Assembly: GCA_964387675.1 (NCBI GenBank)
Contig: CAYLWL010000001.1
Span: forward strand, 1,099-65,098
DNA length: 64,000 nt
From: an uncultured Candidatus Saccharibacteria bacterium
GTDB taxonomy: Bacteria > Patescibacteriota > Minisyncoccia > UBA6257 > 2-01-FULL-56-20
Direction: 5' to 3'
In this document: piece by piece, positions 26,790-36,894 of the stretch
How positions within the stretch are numbered: the stretch's first letter is position 1
Layout: each line of letters opens with the position of its first letter
Translations under genes and position numbers: made by a program
The notes under the pieces: model-generated
The model's input: the letters and a program-made list of their open reading frames with translations, nothing else
Databases searched by the model: none
What the model was told of the DNA's origin: nothing

Positions 26790-27907
26790 CCAAAACTCGA
26801 ATTATCTACGCCAACACAAAAAACTCCGATATGTTCTACGCCGTACGAACGACGATCCCGGACGCTTTTTTTCTTGTAGAACTCGGCGCGCGGAAAGTTA
26901 TATTTTTGGACAAGCGTGAAATCGGAATCTTCCAAGAACACGATACCGGTAAAAAGTTTGAAGTTATTCCCCTTGAACCGCTTGTCGAAAAAGCGCGGCA
27001 ACAAACAGGCGCAGAAGGCCTCGTCTGTCGCCTGGCTCTCGTCATCATCAACGAATTCGCGCCGAGGCGTGGCGAGGCCGAGGTGCCAGCATACTTTCCT
27101 CTCGACATGGCGGACTTTTTGCGTTCGCGGGGAATCTTCTTGAAAGTGGTACATCCGTTTTTTCCAGAAAGGGCTGTCAAGAACCACTTTGAGATACGCG
27201 CGATCGAAACATCTCTTAAAAAAACCGCGGCGGTATACCAGAGGATCGAAGAAATCCTCAAACGCTCCTCAATTGCGGGCGATCGCATTGTCTTCGAACA
27301 AGAAGCGCTCACGAGCGAGTTTTTGAAACAAGAAGTCGATCGTGTTCTGCTCGCGCAGAATATGCTGAACACCGAAGGCATCATTATCGCCTCCGGAAAA
27401 CAGGCCGCTCTGCCGCACCACCAGGGCTCGGGGCCGCTTCTGCCCAATGAACCGATTATCTGTGACATATTCCCCAAAGATACGTTGAGCGGCTACTTCG
27501 CCGACATGACGAGAACATACGTGAAAGGCGTTGCCTCCCCCGAAATGAGAAAAATCTACCGAGCGGTGCTCCGAGCGCAAGAGGCCGGAATCACCTCGGT
27601 GAAACCGGGAGTAGCGTGCGGCGATGTTCATAAAGCGTGCTGCGACTCGTTTCTCAAAAACGGCTACGATGTCGGAGAAAGGGGCTTCGTGCACAATACA
27701 GGCCACGGCCTGGGATTGGATATCCACGAGCCGCCGTATCTCTCCGGCGCAAGCGACGACATACTGAAACCCGGCAACATCATCACCGTGGAACCCGGCC
27801 TGTATTACGAAGAACGCGGCTCCGCAAGAATCGAGGATGTGCTCTTGGTCACCGAAACCGGGTCGCGCAATCTCACGGATTACCCAAGGACTCTAGAAAT
27901 TCCATAA
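26786..27907 (+). CDS. Xaa-Pro aminopeptidase (M24 family)
   Basis: LPHH, CDIFP, GYFADMTRT, HNTGHGLGLDIHE, TVEPGLY, RIED. Confidence 0.92.
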   Translation: MTKTRIIYANTKNSDMFYAVRTTIPDAFFLVELGARKVIFLDKREIGIFQEHDTGKKFEVIPLEPLVEKARQQTGAEGLVCRLALVIINEFAPRRGEAEVPAYFPLDMADFLRSRGIFLKVVHPFFPERAVKNHFEIRAIETSLKKTAAVYQRIEEILKRSSIAGDRIVFEQEALTSEFLKQEVDRVLLAQNMLNTEGIIIASGKQAALPHHQGSGPLLPNEPIICDIFPKDTLSGYFADMTRTYVKGVASPEMRKIYRAVLRAQEAGITSVKPGVACGDVHKACCDSFLKNGYDVGERGFVHNTGHGLGLDIHEPPYLSGASDDILKPGNIITVEPGLYYEERGSARIEDVLLVTETGSRNLTDYPRTLEIP

Positions 27908-27950
27908 AAAAGAACGCCGGGGTTTTCCTTGGCGTTAAAAGTTCCCGATC

Positions 27951-28093
27951 ATGGCAGACACAAGCCCTTCGGCGCGGCTCTTCGACTGAGCGGGCATGGT
28001 TCCTGAGCCGCGTCGAAGGAGAGCGAAGGAGAAGTGCCAGCGAAAATCCTCGCTGGGGATTTGAGCGGTAGCCGAAGGACTTGTATCTGTCAT
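27951..28093 (+). repeat. Structured repeat family D, copy 2
   Basis: Closing stem ATGGCAGACACAAGCCCTTCGG/CCGAAGGACTTGTATCTGTCAT; core similar to 24047-24193. Confidence 0.7.
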
Positions 28094-28103
28094 CTCCCGA
28101 TTC

Positions 28104-29045
28104 TCACAGCCGCGCCGCCGCCTCTTTGAGTCCCTCTTCCGACGTACTCAAAATCAGATACCCGCGGAACCATCCGTATACAAACGAAGCTCCGGAACTG
28201 AATTTCAAAACTCTCGCCGGTTGGCCGTTCACAACCGTATCTTTAAATCCACCGATTACGGAGCCGGGCGAACTCACAAAAAAGCTCTCCATCTTTTGCG
28301 GTTTTTCGAGTTGGGCCGAAACCTCATCGCGGAGGAACAGCCAATTCTCGCTCGGCTTTAGTGCCAAAACATATCCCGGCCAAAGCCCGTTTCTGTCTCG
28401 ATACACGAAAACCGTGAGATCCGAGTTGAAGCGCCGAAGGGCGAACGAGGGATCGAGCGGCGCCGCTCCGGCGGCGGAAAAAGTTTCGTTCATGGTGAGA
28501 TCGTGTCCGTCTGCGCCTTGTATGCCGACTTCGTAAAAAGCCGGTGTTTGGATTCCGTAGCCGAGATCCCTGATCTGCTGGGTGTATGTTTGGGGACTAA
28601 TCCCGCCCTGCGTATTTTTGCCGATCATAAGCGCCAAAACTTCGTCCGGAGGACTTTTGAAAGACGAATGGTGAGTAAAGCCGGCTGGCTGAACCGGCGC
28701 CTGCGGCCCGGCGGCGACGGGCGAAGGAGAAACGTTTTCCGTGGTCGTTGACGACGATTTGAGGAGTATCTGATACGAGAAGTAGACAATGCCAAGGGTC
28801 AAGAGAATCGCGAGAACGGCGACGACTATCGTCTTGGTTTTGTTGGCCGGCTTCTCTGTCGCGTCAGCTACTTGTTTCTCAAAATCGGCAAGCGACGGCC
28901 CCTTGACCGTCTGAAACTGCGGAACGGCGCCGCCGCTTTTCGCCATCGATTCGAGATCCGAGCGCAATGTTCTCACTTTCACCTCGAGCGGCGGCGGCGG
29001 AACGTTGGGTAAGGATTGATTTGGATTTTGCTCCGAATCGCTCAT
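28104..29045 (-). CDS. Hypothetical single-TM protein
   Basis: Long ORF with one TM helix and an N-terminal VRTLRSDL segment. Confidence 0.75.
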   Translation of the reverse strand: MSDSEQNPNQSLPNVPPPPLEVKVRTLRSDLESMAKSGGAVPQFQTVKGPSLADFEKQVADATEKPANKTKTIVVAVLAILLTLGIVYFSYQILLKSSSTTTENVSPSPVAAGPQAPVQPAGFTHHSSFKSPPDEVLALMIGKNTQGGISPQTYTQQIRDLGYGIQTPAFYEVGIQGADGHDLTMNETFSAAGAAPLDPSFALRRFNSDLTVFVYRDRNGLWPGYVLALKPSENWLFLRDEVSAQLEKPQKMESFFVSSPGSVIGGFKDTVVNGQPARVLKFSSGASFVYGWFRGYLILSTSEEGLKEAAARL

Positions 29046-29131
29046 GTTGTTCTTATTCTAACAATAAATTGACAAAAGTAATAAGTGGAAATAGAATATG
29101 GGCAGTATTCGGAGATGCGAGGAGGTTGAAA

Positions 29132-29302
29132 ATGCGCAGATTCCCTGTGATTCCCGTGTTGGGTGGTATTACCGGCTTTGTCATGGGGGCACTAGGATAC
29201 TCACTGTTAGTAACGATGTTTACTATATCGGGGGCCCTTTTGATTTACATCGTAATAAGCGCGGCGCTCAATGCGGCGCGGACAAGCAAGGGGAATGTTT
29301 GA
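29132..29302 (+). CDS. Small hydrophobic membrane protein
   Basis: TTGACA-17-TAGAAT promoter (29069-29097), GGAGG RBS, two TM segments. Confidence 0.55.
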   Translation: MRRFPVIPVLGGITGFVMGALGYSLLVTMFTISGALLIYIVISAALNAARTSKGNV

Positions 29303-29430
29303 TGAAACCAACTTCTTTCCGTATTCGCTTGGCGGCCGTTGCGTTTTTCCTGGTCACGACACCGTGGTTTGCCGCTCTCTGTGGGTTTACGGCTGTCATC
29401 ATTTTTTTCCTTTCGCGCTTTTACAGGTAA
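29302..29430 (+). CDS. Small hydrophobic peptide
   Basis: TGATG coupling to the previous ORF; hydrophobic 42 aa. Confidence 0.4.
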   Translation: MKPTSFRIRLAAVAFFLVTTPWFAALCGFTAVIIFFLSRFYR

Positions 29431-29556
29431 ACCGCATCCCCTTCTTCGTAGAGCATAATAGGCCACACCTTTCGGTGTGGCTAAAAAGTTTCCCCCACCC
29501 TCACCTATGAGGGCTTTCGATTTTAAGCAGACCCAAAAAGAAAAGTGCAACGTGAA

Positions 29557-29709
29557 GCTCCGCCGCAGTGTTCTTGAGGAACATCTCGGAGGCGAAAAAG
29601 ATCGGTCCGAGCATCGAATGCGTTCGATCTCGGTTTTTCGCCGAGAGCGAGGCCCGATTTGCCGCTGGAGCAAATCGAGGCCGTTTCCGAAAGAATACTG
29701 CGGCGGAGC
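29557..29709 (-). repeat. Structured repeat family C, copy 2
   Basis: Terminal IR GCTCCGCCGCAGT/ACTGCGGCGGAGC; inverted copy of 23848-23994; directly downstream of pnp. Confidence 0.85.
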
Positions 29710-29723
29710 GAAACCGGCGCAGT

Positions 29724-31841
29724 CTACTGCAGCTGTTTGATTGAAAGCCCGATCCTGCCTTCTTCAACGCGGACGATCTTCGCCCGCACATGATCGCCCA
29801 TTTTCAAAACTTCGTCGACGGTCTTCACGTAGCCGTTTTTCAGTTCGGAGATGTGCACCATGCCGTCCCATCCTCCGCCAAGATCAACGATCGCTCCGAA
29901 ATCCATAATCTTTATCACGTTCCCTTCGACGATCTCGCCGACTTTGAACTCTTTAGTGATTGCCGTCGCTTCGGCAACCGCCGCTTCGACGGAATCCACA
30001 TCCGTCCCGGAAATAAACACGCTTCCGTCGTCATCGATATCTATCGCGCTCAAGCCGTACTTCTTCACCAGGCCGTTGATGATTTTCCCGCCCGGACCGA
30101 TCAAGGCGCCTATCTTTTCGGTGCTGATCTTGATGATCTTGATCGCAGGAACGTATTTCGAAAGCTTTGGCTTCGGTTCCGCGATAACGGATTTGATGAA
30201 CTGCAATATCTCGAGGCGCGCTTTCTTCGCCTGCCTGAAAGCATCTTCGAGCATCTCGATACTCAAGCCGTCAACTTTAACATCCATTTGCAGGGCATTG
30301 ATCCCGTCTTCGGTGCCGGCCACCTTCAGGTCCATATCTCCGTGGTGATCTTCCGGCCCCTGGATGTCGGTGAGAACTTTGTAGTTTGGCTCTTTGCCCT
30401 TAGCTCTCTGCTCTTTGCCATCAACCATAAGTCCCATCGCGATCCCCGCGGCGGGTTTTTTGATCGGCACACCGGCGTCCATAAGAGACATGACCGTTGC
30501 GCATACCGTCGCCATCGAAGAAGAACCGTTTGAAGAAAGTATTTCTGAAACCACCCTGATCGTATACGGAAACTGTTCTTTGTCGGGAATCAAAGGCACA
30601 ATCGCTTTCCTTGCCAAGTTGCCGTGGCCGATGTCGCGCCGGCCAGGCCCCCGAAACGATCCGACTTCTCCCACCGAGTACGGCGGGAAGTTGTAGTGCA
30701 GGAGAAAACGTCTTTTTTCGGTTCTCTCCATTGTTTCTATGAGTTGTTCCGCGCCGGGAGCGTCAAGCGTCGTTATCCCTAAGGCCTGGGTGTTACCGCG
30801 GATGAACACGGCCGAGCCGTGGGTTCTCGGGAACAAGCCGATTTCTCCGTTCAGCGCGCGAAGCTGGTCCAGCTTCCTCCCGTCCGGACGCTTTTCCTTT
30901 TCCAAAACGTTTTTATGAACCAAGGTATTGATCTGCTCTTCAAACAGGGCGTCGACGGCTTTGAGATTCGGTTCCTGAAAGTGTTCCGTGATGTAGGCCA
31001 AGAGCGAATCTTTCAAGGCCCCAAGCTTCCCAAGATACTCAACTTTGTTCGGCTGGTAAATCGCTTCTTCGAGCCGGTTCTCCAAAAACTTTTCTATCGC
31101 CGCCTTGAGCGCCGGGTCGAATTCAAAAAGAGCGATTTCTGTTTTTGGTTTTCCTATTTCCCGTATGATCTTGTTCTGGAAATCGATCAGAGCGTTTATT
31201 TCTTTTTGGGCAACGCGGAAACCGGAAACGACTTCTTGCTCCGGAGCGTCATCTCCCCCCAGTTCGATCATGTTGATCGTGTCTTTCGAGCCGGCGACGA
31301 ACGCGTCGAAGACCGCCTTTGATGCCGCGACCTCCGAATTCGACGGGTTGATTTTAAGCTCATTGCCGATCTTCGCGAGGCGCACTCCGGCCACCGGCCC
31401 GCCCCACGGAACGTTCGAAATGCCCAAAGCCGTGGACGCGCCGAGAAGGCCCAAAAACTCCGGGTCGTTTTCTCCGTCAATTTCCAAGACCGTAACCACG
31501 ACTTGAATCTCCCGGCGGATTCGATTGTCGAAAAGCGGCCGGATCGCGCGATCCACCAGCCGGCCGGCAAGAACCGCCTCTTCGGACGCCCTGCCCTCTC
31601 TTCTCACAAAACGGCTGCCAAGAATCTTTCCGGCGGCGTAAAACTTCTCTTCGTAATCGACTTTCAGGGGCAAATAATCCGTGTCCGCGTCTTTGTGGGA
31701 CATAACAACCGTCGCCAACACAATGGTTTCTCCGTATTTCACGATAACCGCGGCATTGGCCTGATCCGCCAGAGACGAATGCTCTACGGTGAGTGTTTTT
31801 CCGGCAACCTCCGTGGTGAATGTTTTTCTTTGAATCGGCAT
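29724..31841 (-). CDS. pnp: Polyribonucleotide nucleotidyltransferase
   Basis: RPDGR, HYNFPPYSVGE, SNGSSSMA, GDMDLKVAG, KH and S1 domains. Confidence 0.97.
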   Translation of the reverse strand: MPIQRKTFTTEVAGKTLTVEHSSLADQANAAVIVKYGETIVLATVVMSHKDADTDYLPLKVDYEEKFYAAGKILGSRFVRREGRASEEAVLAGRLVDRAIRPLFDNRIRREIQVVVTVLEIDGENDPEFLGLLGASTALGISNVPWGGPVAGVRLAKIGNELKINPSNSEVAASKAVFDAFVAGSKDTINMIELGGDDAPEQEVVSGFRVAQKEINALIDFQNKIIREIGKPKTEIALFEFDPALKAAIEKFLENRLEEAIYQPNKVEYLGKLGALKDSLLAYITEHFQEPNLKAVDALFEEQINTLVHKNVLEKEKRPDGRKLDQLRALNGEIGLFPRTHGSAVFIRGNTQALGITTLDAPGAEQLIETMERTEKRRFLLHYNFPPYSVGEVGSFRGPGRRDIGHGNLARKAIVPLIPDKEQFPYTIRVVSEILSSNGSSSMATVCATVMSLMDAGVPIKKPAAGIAMGLMVDGKEQRAKGKEPNYKVLTDIQGPEDHHGDMDLKVAGTEDGINALQMDVKVDGLSIEMLEDAFRQAKKARLEILQFIKSVIAEPKPKLSKYVPAIKIIKISTEKIGALIGPGGKIINGLVKKYGLSAIDIDDDGSVFISGTDVDSVEAAVAEATAITKEFKVGEIVEGNVIKIMDFGAIVDLGGGWDGMVHISELKNGYVKTVDEVLKMGDHVRAKIVRVEEGRIGLSIKQLQ

Positions 31842-31893
31842 GGCCCTAAGAATAGCAATGTAAGATGCAAAAATCAAATCGCATTTTCACTTC

Positions 31894-32466
31894 CTATCTT
31901 TTTATGATAATCCTCGGTATTTCTTCTATGTTGATAAATCTATCGGCGACTTCTTGTACTTTGAGGGAAGCGCTCCTCTTGAACGCCGCGACTTCCACGA
32001 ACCTTCCGACTCCCCATTTGAGGTAGTCGATCAGGGGAATAAAATCACCGTCGCCGGTGACAAGAATCACGACGTCGAGAAACGACGCCATCCTGATGGC
32101 GTCAACCGCCATACCGACGTCCCAATCCGCTTTTTTCATTCCGCCGGCGAAAACCTGCAAGTCCTTCACGCGGAGTTCCAAACCGGCCTTCTCCAGCGCC
32201 TCGAAAAAAGACGCCTCCGACGAAAGCGGCACCGGTCTGCCGCCGCGGCCGCTCCGGACGCTCGGTTCTCGGTGCGCCACCTCTACGATTCCTTCGCTCT
32301 TTACGACATACGCCATGGCGCGGATGAGCTGCCTCCCGCCAACGAGATATTTGATGAGCTCGCCATAATTCACCCGCCCGCCGTACAGATTCTTCGCCGA
32401 GTGATACAAATTCTGAACATCGACGAAAATGCCGACGCGCTGATTAGGATTGGTTGCTTGCTTCAT
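31894..32466 (-). CDS. NYN domain protein (LabA/DUF88)
   Basis: FVDVQNLY, KKADWDVGMAVD, TGDGDF. Confidence 0.9.
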   Translation of the reverse strand: MKQATNPNQRVGIFVDVQNLYHSAKNLYGGRVNYGELIKYLVGGRQLIRAMAYVVKSEGIVEVAHREPSVRSGRGGRPVPLSSEASFFEALEKAGLELRVKDLQVFAGGMKKADWDVGMAVDAIRMASFLDVVILVTGDGDFIPLIDYLKWGVGRFVEVAAFKRSASLKVQEVADRFINIEEIPRIIIKR

Positions 32467-32534
32467 TTTCGTGTCAAGTGTCAGGTGTCAGGCATCAAGA
32501 TCGTTTCTACCCCGCGACACACGATACGTGATAC

Positions 32535-32801
32535 TTATTTTTTTAGTTCCAGTTTTCTAATGGTTTTCTCGTACATCTTGACGTCGTTCTTTTTCAAGTA
32601 CGCCAAAAACCGCCTGCGTTTTCCGACAAGCTTTAAAAGACCTCGCCGCGAGTGGTGGTCTTTCGGGTTCTTTTTCAGATGCTCGGCAAGTTCGTTCACT
32701 CTCCTTGTGATAACCGCGATCTGAACCTGCGCCGAACCCGTGTCTTTTTCGTGGGTTTGATGCTCTTTGATGATTTTGGATTTTACGCGCTTGGTCAGCA
32801 T
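32535..32801 (-). CDS. rpsO: 30S ribosomal protein S15
   Basis: [34 protein letters not shown]. Confidence 0.97.
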   Translation of the reverse strand: MLTKRVKSKIIKEHQTHEKDTGSAQVQIAVITRRVNELAEHLKKNPKDHHSRRGLLKLVGKRRRFLAYLKKNDVKMYEKTIRKLELKK

Positions 32802-32960
32802 GGAGTAATCGCGAACCTGCCTACCGGCTGGCAGGTAACGCTAATTAATTCTAGGTAATAATGCGAATCTACCCTTGTTGCTTTCGTGAATTAATAGTAA
32901 TGGGTTTTCGCGGAAAATGCAAACTTTGTCGACCCGCGCCTTCTGTCGTAAAATGTATAT

Positions 32961-33881
32961 ATGGCAGAAGTCGACAAACTCCTCCACGATTACCTCAACT
33001 ATCTCGAAATAGAGAGAAACCGTTCGCCGAAGACGCGCGAAAACTACGAGCGCTATCTCAAGGAATTTTTGAAGTTCTCCGGGGCTAAATCCCCCAACGA
33101 TATTACCGAGGACGCCGTCCGGGAATTCCGCCTAGCCATGGCTAGGCCTAAGTTCCATGGAAAAAACCTCAAAAAAATAACCCAGAGCTATTATGTCATC
33201 GCCCTGCGGAACTTTTTGAAGTATCTCGCGAGGCGCGACATAAAAACGCTCGCCCCCGAAAAAATAGAACTTCCCAAAATCCCCGATCGGCAGATAGAAA
33301 TTCTGGACTACAAAGATTTAGAACGATTGATGCAATCCCCCAGAGGGAATAGCTTGAGAGATCTTCGCGACAAGGCGATTCTCGAACTGTTCTTCTCGAC
33401 GGGGCTCCGGCTCTCCGAACTCTGCTCGCTCGAGAGATACCTGGATCTCGCCCGCGGCGAAGTGAGTGTCCGCGGCAAAGGAGAAAAGTTGCGGGTGGTG
33501 TTTCTCTCCGACGGCGCGAAAAGGGCAATCAAAAATTATCTCGACAAAAGGACGGACGCGGAAGAGTCGCTTTTCGTGAGTTTGGCGAAAGGGTCAAGGG
33601 TCAAGGGTCAAGGGTCAAGGGTTATCGGCCCGATCACGCCGCGGGCGGTGCAACGAGTGGTGGAACGCCGCGCGCGCGAAGCCGGCATTGCGAAAAAAAT
33701 CCACGCGCACCAACTAAGGCATAGCTTCGCGACAGACCTTTTGATAAACGGCGCGGATATCCGCTCCGTGCAAGAACTGCTCGGCCACTCGAACATATCA
33801 ACGACGCAAGTATACACCCACCTCACCAACAAAGAATTGCGCGAGGTGCACAAGGCGTTTCACGCGAGACGAAGAAAATAG
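32961..33881 (+). CDS. XerC/XerD-family tyrosine recombinase
   Basis: TGLRLSEL, RGKGEK, HQLRHSFAT, LLGHSNISTTQVYTH. Confidence 0.93.
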   Translation: MAEVDKLLHDYLNYLEIERNRSPKTRENYERYLKEFLKFSGAKSPNDITEDAVREFRLAMARPKFHGKNLKKITQSYYVIALRNFLKYLARRDIKTLAPEKIELPKIPDRQIEILDYKDLERLMQSPRGNSLRDLRDKAILELFFSTGLRLSELCSLERYLDLARGEVSVRGKGEKLRVVFLSDGAKRAIKNYLDKRTDAEESLFVSLAKGSRVKGQGSRVIGPITPRAVQRVVERRAREAGIAKKIHAHQLRHSFATDLLINGADIRSVQELLGHSNISTTQVYTHLTNKELREVHKAFHARRRK

Positions 33882-33886
33882 GTCCC

Positions 33887-34634
33887 CTATTTTTTTCTTT
33901 GATTCTTTTTAGCTCTAGAAAATTTTATTGGCAAATAAGCCGATACGTCGCTTTGTGAATAGCCACGTTCTCTAAAGAAATCAATCACTTTTATGACCGT
34001 GGCCTTACTCGCTTGATCGGGATCCCTCAACGATAAAACTTCGTCGGCAATATCTTCGGCGAAGTTATCGTACAGTTCTTGCGCCAAACTCTCGTCTAAT
34101 TCTTCTCCCTCTTCCATAACGTCAATGGCGCTGAAGAGGTCGGCAAAGGTGGCGTCTTTTGATATTGCTACTTTTAGGTCCCACTCTCCGCTTTCCTTTT
34201 TCTCTTCTTTTTCTCTTTCTTTTTGTTCCCGTTTTTGTGTCACAGCTTCATTTTCACCGCTGGCACGCCTCCACTCATCGCTGTCTCTCCCGTAAACATC
34301 TTCGGCCATAGCCATTGCCGAATCAAAACATCCGTGATCGAATAAGAAACGGTACGCTTCCTCGCCGGCGGCTCTTATTTCTTCCTCACTGCCTATCTTC
34401 ATATTTCTTCTCAAGTAATAAAGGGGGGGCATAATTTCCCTCTACCTTCTCGCGAGCAGCATAGTCTTGAAAAAAAGTGTCCAGCTCTTCCTGCGGCACG
34501 CCCATCTCTTTCCCTCGTTTCAGGATGGCGGCGCCAGCCCGGCCTTGTTTTAATTTTCCCCACTCGGCTTTATTGTACTTCTCAACCGGTTCTGGTTTTT
34601 CTTTTGATGATGGTCCTTTTAGCGGTTGTTCCAT
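33887..34634 (-). pseudogene. Hypothetical protein split by a frameshift at a C7 homopolymer
   Basis: Overlapping ORFs 34386-34634 and 33887-34432 join into 248 aa if the G7 at 34423-34429 loses one base. Confidence 0.6.
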
Positions 34635-34651
34635 GGTTTTATCTTAACATC

Positions 34652-36481
34652 TTAAACCGACATTGGCTTCAGTTTGAACGGCGCGAGTACCCTGTTGAAT
34701 TCTTCCTGCTCCAACGTTTCTTTTTCGATTAAGGTTTCCGCAAGCTTCTTCAAAACTTTTTTGCGCTGGGTGAGGATATTTTTCGCGGTTTCGTACGCGT
34801 GATTGATAAAGTTCCGCACCTCGCCGTCTATCTTCGCCGCCACCTCCTCCGAATAATTCCGTTCGGTCGAAATCTCGCGGCCCAAAAACACCATCTCTTC
34901 GGTGTTTCCGAATGTCTGCGGCCCGAGTTCGCTCATGCCGTATTTCGTCACAAGCTTTCTCGCAAGGTCGGTCGCCACCTTCAGGTCGTTCGAGGCGCCC
35001 GTCGAAACATCGCCGAACGTCAGCTGTTCCGAAGCATATCCGCCCATCATCATCGCGAGATCCGCCATAAATTGTTTCTTGCTTCTTAAATGCTGGTCTT
35101 CTATGGGAAGCTTCATAGTGTACCCTCCGGCAAGGCCGCGGCTCACGATGGAAACCTTGTGGACCGGGTCGGCGTCTTTCAAGGAGGCGGCAACGAGCGC
35201 GTGGCCCCCTTCGTGATAGGCCGTAATCTCTTTTTCTTTTTTGGAAATGACGCGGCTTTTGCGCTCCGGCCCAAGCATCACTTTTTCAACGGCCTCAAAA
35301 AATTCGCTCTGGCCGATTGATTTTTTGCCCCGGCGAGCGGCCAAAATCGCTCCCTCGTTCATCAGATTCGCTAAGTCAGCTCCCGAAAATCCCGGCGTGC
35401 GAACCGCCACTTTTCTCAAGTCGACATTTTTATCAATGACTTTCTCTTGGGCGTGGATTTTGAGAATCTCCTCTCGGTCGTTCAGATCGGGCAGGTCCAA
35501 AATGACCCGCCGGTCGAATCGGCCGGGGCGCAGAAGCGCCGGATCCAAAACATCTGGTCTGTTTGTTGCCGCGAGGACTATTACGCGGGTGTCGCGGTCA
35601 AAGCCGTCGAGTTCAACGAGGATTTGATTGAGCGTTTGCTCGCGTTCGTCGTTGCCGCCACCCAAGCCCGCTCCACGCTGGCGGCCCACGGCGTCTATCT
35701 CGTCTATAAAAAGAATCGCGGGGGCGGCGCGCTTTGCCGTCATAAACGCATCGCGGGTGCGGCTCGCGCCAACGCCTACAAACATTTCCACGAATTCAGA
35801 CGCAGAAATGTAAAAGAATGGCACGTTGCTCTCTCCCGCAACGGCCCGGGCGATTAAGGTTTTCCCCGTTCCCGGCGGACCCATCAGTAAAATTCCCCGC
35901 GGAATACGCGCGCCGAGATCCAAAAACTTTTTCGGATTCTTCAAAAAGTCAATTACCTCCACCAACTCTTCTTTGGCTTCCTTGAGCCCCGCGACATCCT
36001 TGAAGAGCACTTTGTCTTTAAACGTCGAGAGCCGCAAATTCGAACGACCGAAGCTGAATGCCTGGTTCACTCCGGTCTTCGCCTGCCGGAACATAAGCCA
36101 AAAGATAAACCCGATAATAATCAACGGGAGAAGCGTCGGGATCAAAATGCCCGCCCAGAATTGCCAGCCCGATTGGCTTTGAATGGAAAATTCCACCTTC
36201 GAGAGCTCGGCGGGCGAGACATTCAGATTTTTCAGGGTCTCGCTGAAGCCCGCTTCCGCTTCTTTCTTGGCAATGCCGCTTGAGCCGTCCTTCAGTTTGA
36301 TCTCGAGGTCTTCGCCGTTCACTTTGATCTGAGCAACGGCGCCTTCGTTTATTTTCTGCACCAGCTGATTGAGACTCAAATTCTGCGGGGGCTTTTTCGG
36401 CTCAAGAAACAGCGAAAAGACAAGCGATATCACGAGAAGCGTGAGGATTGCCCACGCGATGTTTTTAAACAGGTTGCTCAT
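34652..36481 (-). CDS. ftsH: ATP-dependent zinc metalloprotease FtsH
   Basis: Two TMs, [24 protein letters not shown]. Confidence 0.97.
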   Translation of the reverse strand: MSNLFKNIAWAILTLLVISLVFSLFLEPKKPPQNLSLNQLVQKINEGAVAQIKVNGEDLEIKLKDGSSGIAKKEAEAGFSETLKNLNVSPAELSKVEFSIQSQSGWQFWAGILIPTLLPLIIIGFIFWLMFRQAKTGVNQAFSFGRSNLRLSTFKDKVLFKDVAGLKEAKEELVEVIDFLKNPKKFLDLGARIPRGILLMGPPGTGKTLIARAVAGESNVPFFYISASEFVEMFVGVGASRTRDAFMTAKRAAPAILFIDEIDAVGRQRGAGLGGGNDEREQTLNQILVELDGFDRDTRVIVLAATNRPDVLDPALLRPGRFDRRVILDLPDLNDREEILKIHAQEKVIDKNVDLRKVAVRTPGFSGADLANLMNEGAILAARRGKKSIGQSEFFEAVEKVMLGPERKSRVISKKEKEITAYHEGGHALVAASLKDADPVHKVSIVSRGLAGGYTMKLPIEDQHLRSKKQFMADLAMMMGGYASEQLTFGDVSTGASNDLKVATDLARKLVTKYGMSELGPQTFGNTEEMVFLGREISTERNYSEEVAAKIDGEVRNFINHAYETAKNILTQRKKVLKKLAETLIEKETLEQEEFNRVLAPFKLKPMSV

Positions 36482-36559
36482 ATTTTCAACAATAACTATA
36501 ACAGAGATTTGAAAAAGCAAAAAACGCCGCAGTATCTACCACCTACTACCTACCACTCA

Positions 36560-36883
36560 CTACTTACCCGTCATATTCTTCGCCGCCTTGATCAGTTGGA
36601 ATTCGTTTTCCACCGCCTCTTCTATTTTTTCGGCAAGTCCCGGCACGCCGGCGCACAGCGACGCGATTTCATCTTCCGCGTGCCGGCCCCGGAGCGCCGC
36701 CTTGAACTTTTTTACGCCTTCGTCGTCCAGATTCAGAATGGCGGTTTCGATGATCACTTTATTAAAGTGATCGAAGAGCGCGTCCAGGACTTCTTTTTTG
36801 TCTTTGTCGGGAAGATCTCCGATACCAAGCTCTTTGAGCAAAAACTCTGTGTCGCGAGAAAAAATGAGGTTTGTTTTGGTCAT
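36560..36883 (-). CDS. Small helical hypothetical protein (DUF5663-like)
   Basis: LLKELGIGDLP.K.K..VL pattern. Confidence 0.55.
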   Translation of the reverse strand: MTKTNLIFSRDTEFLLKELGIGDLPDKDKKEVLDALFDHFNKVIIETAILNLDDEGVKKFKAALRGRHAEDEIASLCAGVPGLAEKIEEAVENEFQLIKAAKNMTGK

Positions 36884-36894
36884 GATGTGGTGGG

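Noticed and set aside
32961-33881. Prophage or island integrase
   Set aside because: It looks like a chromosomal Xer-type recombinase among housekeeping genes. No att repeats or phage structural genes were seen.
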